Assembly: GCF_036971445.1 (NCBI RefSeq)
Contig: NC_091473.1
Location: forward strand, 187,550,001-187,614,000
Direction: 5' to 3'
From: Narcine bancroftii
Lineage: Eukaryota
Length of the DNA stretch: 64,000 nt
This document shows positions 60,767 through 64,000 of this stretch, in pieces; within the stretch, counting starts at the first letter, position 1, and each line of letters begins with the position of its first letter. The translations under genes and the position numbers were made by a program. The notes beneath the pieces are model-generated. The model saw only the letters and a program-made list of their open reading frames with translations. It had not been told where the DNA came from and ran no database searches.

Positions 60767-61734
60767 TTAATCTTTGCTACACAGAGTACACGGTTTGACC
60801 TGGTGAGATTCTCCCACGTTGCATTTTTACCCTTGGGAGAAACTCTGGAGAACTCCCGTTGCGGATTGGTTGGAAAGTGAGTCAGAGGAGATCCGAGGTC
60901 AGAGGCACATGCCCTGCAGAACGGGGAGGAAGGTCGCTTCGAGTGCAGTCTAGCGAGGCAACCCTTGCATATTACAGATGTTTGAAAGGGAGAGAGAGGG
61001 GCTGTTGGGATGGAGAAAAGGCAGTGAAATTCCAGGGCACAAAAAAACGACTACCCTTGAATCTGGCAGGGCGTGATCTCGCGCTCGGGAATCTTCTTCC
61101 CGACTGGAGGGGTGAAGAGTGGCTGAGACTTTTCCTTCTGTATATTATCGTGTCATAGTTGTCCCTCTCTTTGCCCAAAGATTGTGTGTTTGCTGTATGA
61201 TCTGTGTAAAAGTCGACCCTCCTATTTTTGGCCTTGACTGCCTGCCCATCCGAGGTCCCGACACCCTAGCTGCCCGCCCATCTGAGCTCCCGACGCCCCG
61301 GCTGTGGACTCTTACCTGGGCAGCGACCACCCACCCATTTGAGCTTCCGATGCCTCAAGCAACGTAGGTACTTACTGGGGTCAAATGTATGACCCGTGCA
61401 CATCGACCCCTCCCCAAAAAAATTTGACCTGAAAAATGGTCCAAAGAATTCGACGATTACATGAGTATGTCACCACAGAAAGGATGTGGATGCTGTAGAG
61501 AGGGGGCAGAGGAGATTCACAAGGACGCTACCTGGATTGGAGACCATGACCTATGAGGATAGGTGAGTGAACTTGTCCTTTTCTCCTTGGAGCGATGGAG
61601 GATGGGGGGGGGTGACCTCAAGAGGCATTGATTGTGTTGGACGGTCAGAGGCTTTTCCACCCGGAGCTGAAGTGGCCAACATGAGGGGGGATCGTTTTAA
61701 GGGGCTTGGGAGTAAGTACAGGAGTGGTTAATTA

Positions 61735-62220
61735 TAATTTTTTGCATCAGTTGTATCTGACCCTTGAGAAATTGAAAAAATATGGATTTAGTAATTCAGA
61801 AGTGTGTTTTAGATGTGGATTATGTGTAGAAACATTTTTACCCTCAGTTTGGCTTTGTGATAAGGTTCAACCATTTTGACAAAAACATTAGAGAATTTCT
61901 TCAAAAATTGTTTAAATTAAATTTTTATTAGATCCAAAAATTTTTGGGTTGTACTTAGTGATTTGAGGTGAGACAAGTTTCAGACAGCTTTACTTCATCT
62001 AGCATTGGCTGTAGCACGTCAATCTGTGGCGATTTCATGGAAAGATGAGCCTGAGGTAAATGTAACTCGTTGGCAATAATGAGTTGAGATCTTGTATGGA
62101 AAAAATACCCTTGTGGGGTTTGCTGAGATGGGGTGGATTAGTTGTAGTTTTTCATTTTTATATTATGGACTTTGTATAGGTTTTTTCTTGAAAATTTTAA
62201 ATAAAGTTTGAGAAAAAAAG
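61735..62220 (+). mobile_element. Degenerate L1-clade 3' fragment
   Basis: Similar to 56330-57025 (YNFLHQLYLT..., CFRCG, LALAVAR..., AATAAA tail). Confidence 0.7.
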
Positions 62221-62449
62221 GGGGGATGGTCTTCACACAGAGAGGGATGGGGGCAGGGACTGCGTTGCCAGCAACAGTGGTGGAGGCTGGGACGACAGGG
62301 TCTTTGTTAGGCAGGGACATGGGACTGAGAAAAATGGAAGGGTACCCAGTGGGGAGATTCTCGACCAGTTGTTAGATTGCGAAACTCAAAAGTCTGCAGA
62401 TGCTGTAGTTGGAGTAAAATCAAAGGTGCTGATGGAACCCGACTGGAGG

Positions 62450-62700
62450 GATGAGTCAAAGGAGAAGTTATTGAGGGTGATGACATTCTGCCAGCTGGAG
62501 GAGGGTGGTGGGGCTGGTTGGGTCTGTTGTCCAGAAAGAAACGAAGGGCTTTGAGGCCTTTGGTATGGGGGATGGAGATGGACAGGGATCGGACGTCCGT
62601 GGTGAAGGCCAAGTTCAGGGAGCTGGGAGTTGTGTGAGTGATGGAGGGCGTGTGAAGTATTCGCGGATGTAGGTGGGGAGGGACTGAACTGGGGGGGGTG
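62450..62700 (-). mobile_element. Penelope-like RT fragment
   Basis: FTTDVRSLSISIPHTKGLKALRFFLDNRPNQ and ITLNNFSFDSS motifs; pLTR-like sequence at about 62700-62795. Confidence 0.75.
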
Positions 62701-63063
62701 CACCTTGAGGAAGGGCTCAGGCTTGAAACTCCATCATTACCGCCTAAGGATGAAGCGAGACCCGCTGAGTTCCTCGGGCGTTTCTGTGTGTTTTGAACTT
62801 GTCAGAGTTGGGTCGGCACAGCACTGTGGGCCGAAGGGCCTGTCCCTCGCTGTGTTAGTCAACGAGGGGTCTGGGGCAGTGCCCAGAGGTGCTGGAGAAA
62901 CACAGTGCCAGCGACCCGGTTGGGGGTGGGGTGGGGGTCCGAATCCCATGCTGTCTGTAAGGCGTTTGTGCACTGTCCCCATGATTGCGTGGGTTGCACC
63001 AGTTTTCCCCCCACCCTTACCAGGGTTGGGTGGTAGTTGCAGGTCAAATGGGCTCGTGCTGTG

Positions 63064-63306
63064 TTTGGTGATACACTACTAGCCGACTGCAGGGGCAACC
63101 TGTCTACCTGCACTGGAGGAGAAGGCAACACCTGGTCAGCTGTCAATCACCCTCCTGGATATAAACAAGATCTGGCCCCTTGAGGTCAGTCTCAGAGCTT
63201 GCACAGCCACTCTCACACACAATCTCTGTGGGATTTTATACAGAATAAAGCTTGTTGAACAGCTTTTATGTTTTGTGTCTGCTTTTCTGCTTGACAGCGC
63301 ATCACA
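63064..63306 (+). mobile_element. Solo LTR related to the 45354-45649 copy
   Basis: Shares ACTGCAGGGGCAACCT...TACCTGCA and the terminal ACAGCGCA(T/C)CACA; internal TATAAA and AATAAA. Confidence 0.65.
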
Positions 63307-64000
63307 CTGCGAAAGGGTCCGTTACCATTCTGTGCGTTGAAGTGAAAAGGCAGTCGATGTTTCAGCCCTGAGTCTTCAAAAGTGAGGTGGGGGGGAGGGA
63401 TTGGTGTAAGCCAGGGGTGGCCAAACCCCGGCTCACCAGCCGCCTGCGGCTCTTTGACCAGTAACGTGGGGCTCACGGAAAGAGATGGGCTGAGACAGGA
63501 ACCGTACGGGCCGATGCTCACCCTGGTAGTGTTAGTGGGCCTGGCTTGTGTGTGTGTGTACGCATGTAAAAAGCCGACCCCCTAAATTTCACCCTAGAAA
63601 TTGGTCCAAAGTGCAAAGTGCTTTTAGGATATTGAAGCTAATGCAAATTAGTTGTTTAAAAATTACATACATGAATAAATATTAATATGTGTGTACATTT
63701 CTTAGATAAAAATTTTGCAACAAAATGTGCATGCTAAAGTAAAAACATTTTATATTTTTTCTTATTGAATGTGGCTCCTACGTTAAACAAGTTTGGATCC
63801 CCCCCCACCACCCCCCACTCCGCCCCAGTACAACAAATGTTGGACGGTGAGGAGAGAGTGGGTTGAAATCTACAAAGCCTTCTCCCCATCCCCCTGCCAA
63901 CAAGAGGGGTGTGGAGAGGGAGAGAGGTCTAGGGATAAGATTCTTGAATCACCCAGTTCACAGACTGAGCTTGGGAGAAGGGGACCGGGGTAGGGCTCTC

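Overview
Vertebrate genomic DNA, GC- and repeat-rich, with two assembly gaps. The repeat content (HE1/V-SINE-like SINEs, CR1, Rex1, RTE, L1, Penelope) suggests a cartilaginous fish, probably a ray; this is inference. The window holds the gene block known from human 1q21.3: TMOD4 (+, 9 coding exons, 10082-21311), SCNM1 (-, 8 coding exons, 35313-25297), LYSMD1 (+, 3 exons, 38155-40555) and TNFAIP8L2 (-, one coding exon, 47576-47016). It also holds the last two exons of a guanylate-cyclase-like gene (-, 60040-57797) that ends in a CaaX box (CVLV*). Exons were reconstructed by hand from splice signals and reading-frame phase. The main observations are: (1) a frameshift and stop in TMOD4 coding exon 1; (2) a possibly prenylated atypical cyclase next to TNFAIP8L2; (3) an apparently duplicated ZNF143-site cassette at the SCNM1 and LYSMD1 promoters; (4) a young L1 with a 15-bp TSD nested antisense in an older L1; (5) Penelope-derived inverted-repeat elements with hammerhead-like cores; (6) a dispersed 52-bp hairpin minisatellite family; (7) a 42-bp CCAAT/CRE-like tandem array. 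Most long ORFs in the supplied track are low-complexity artefacts. No prokaryote-type system is supported.
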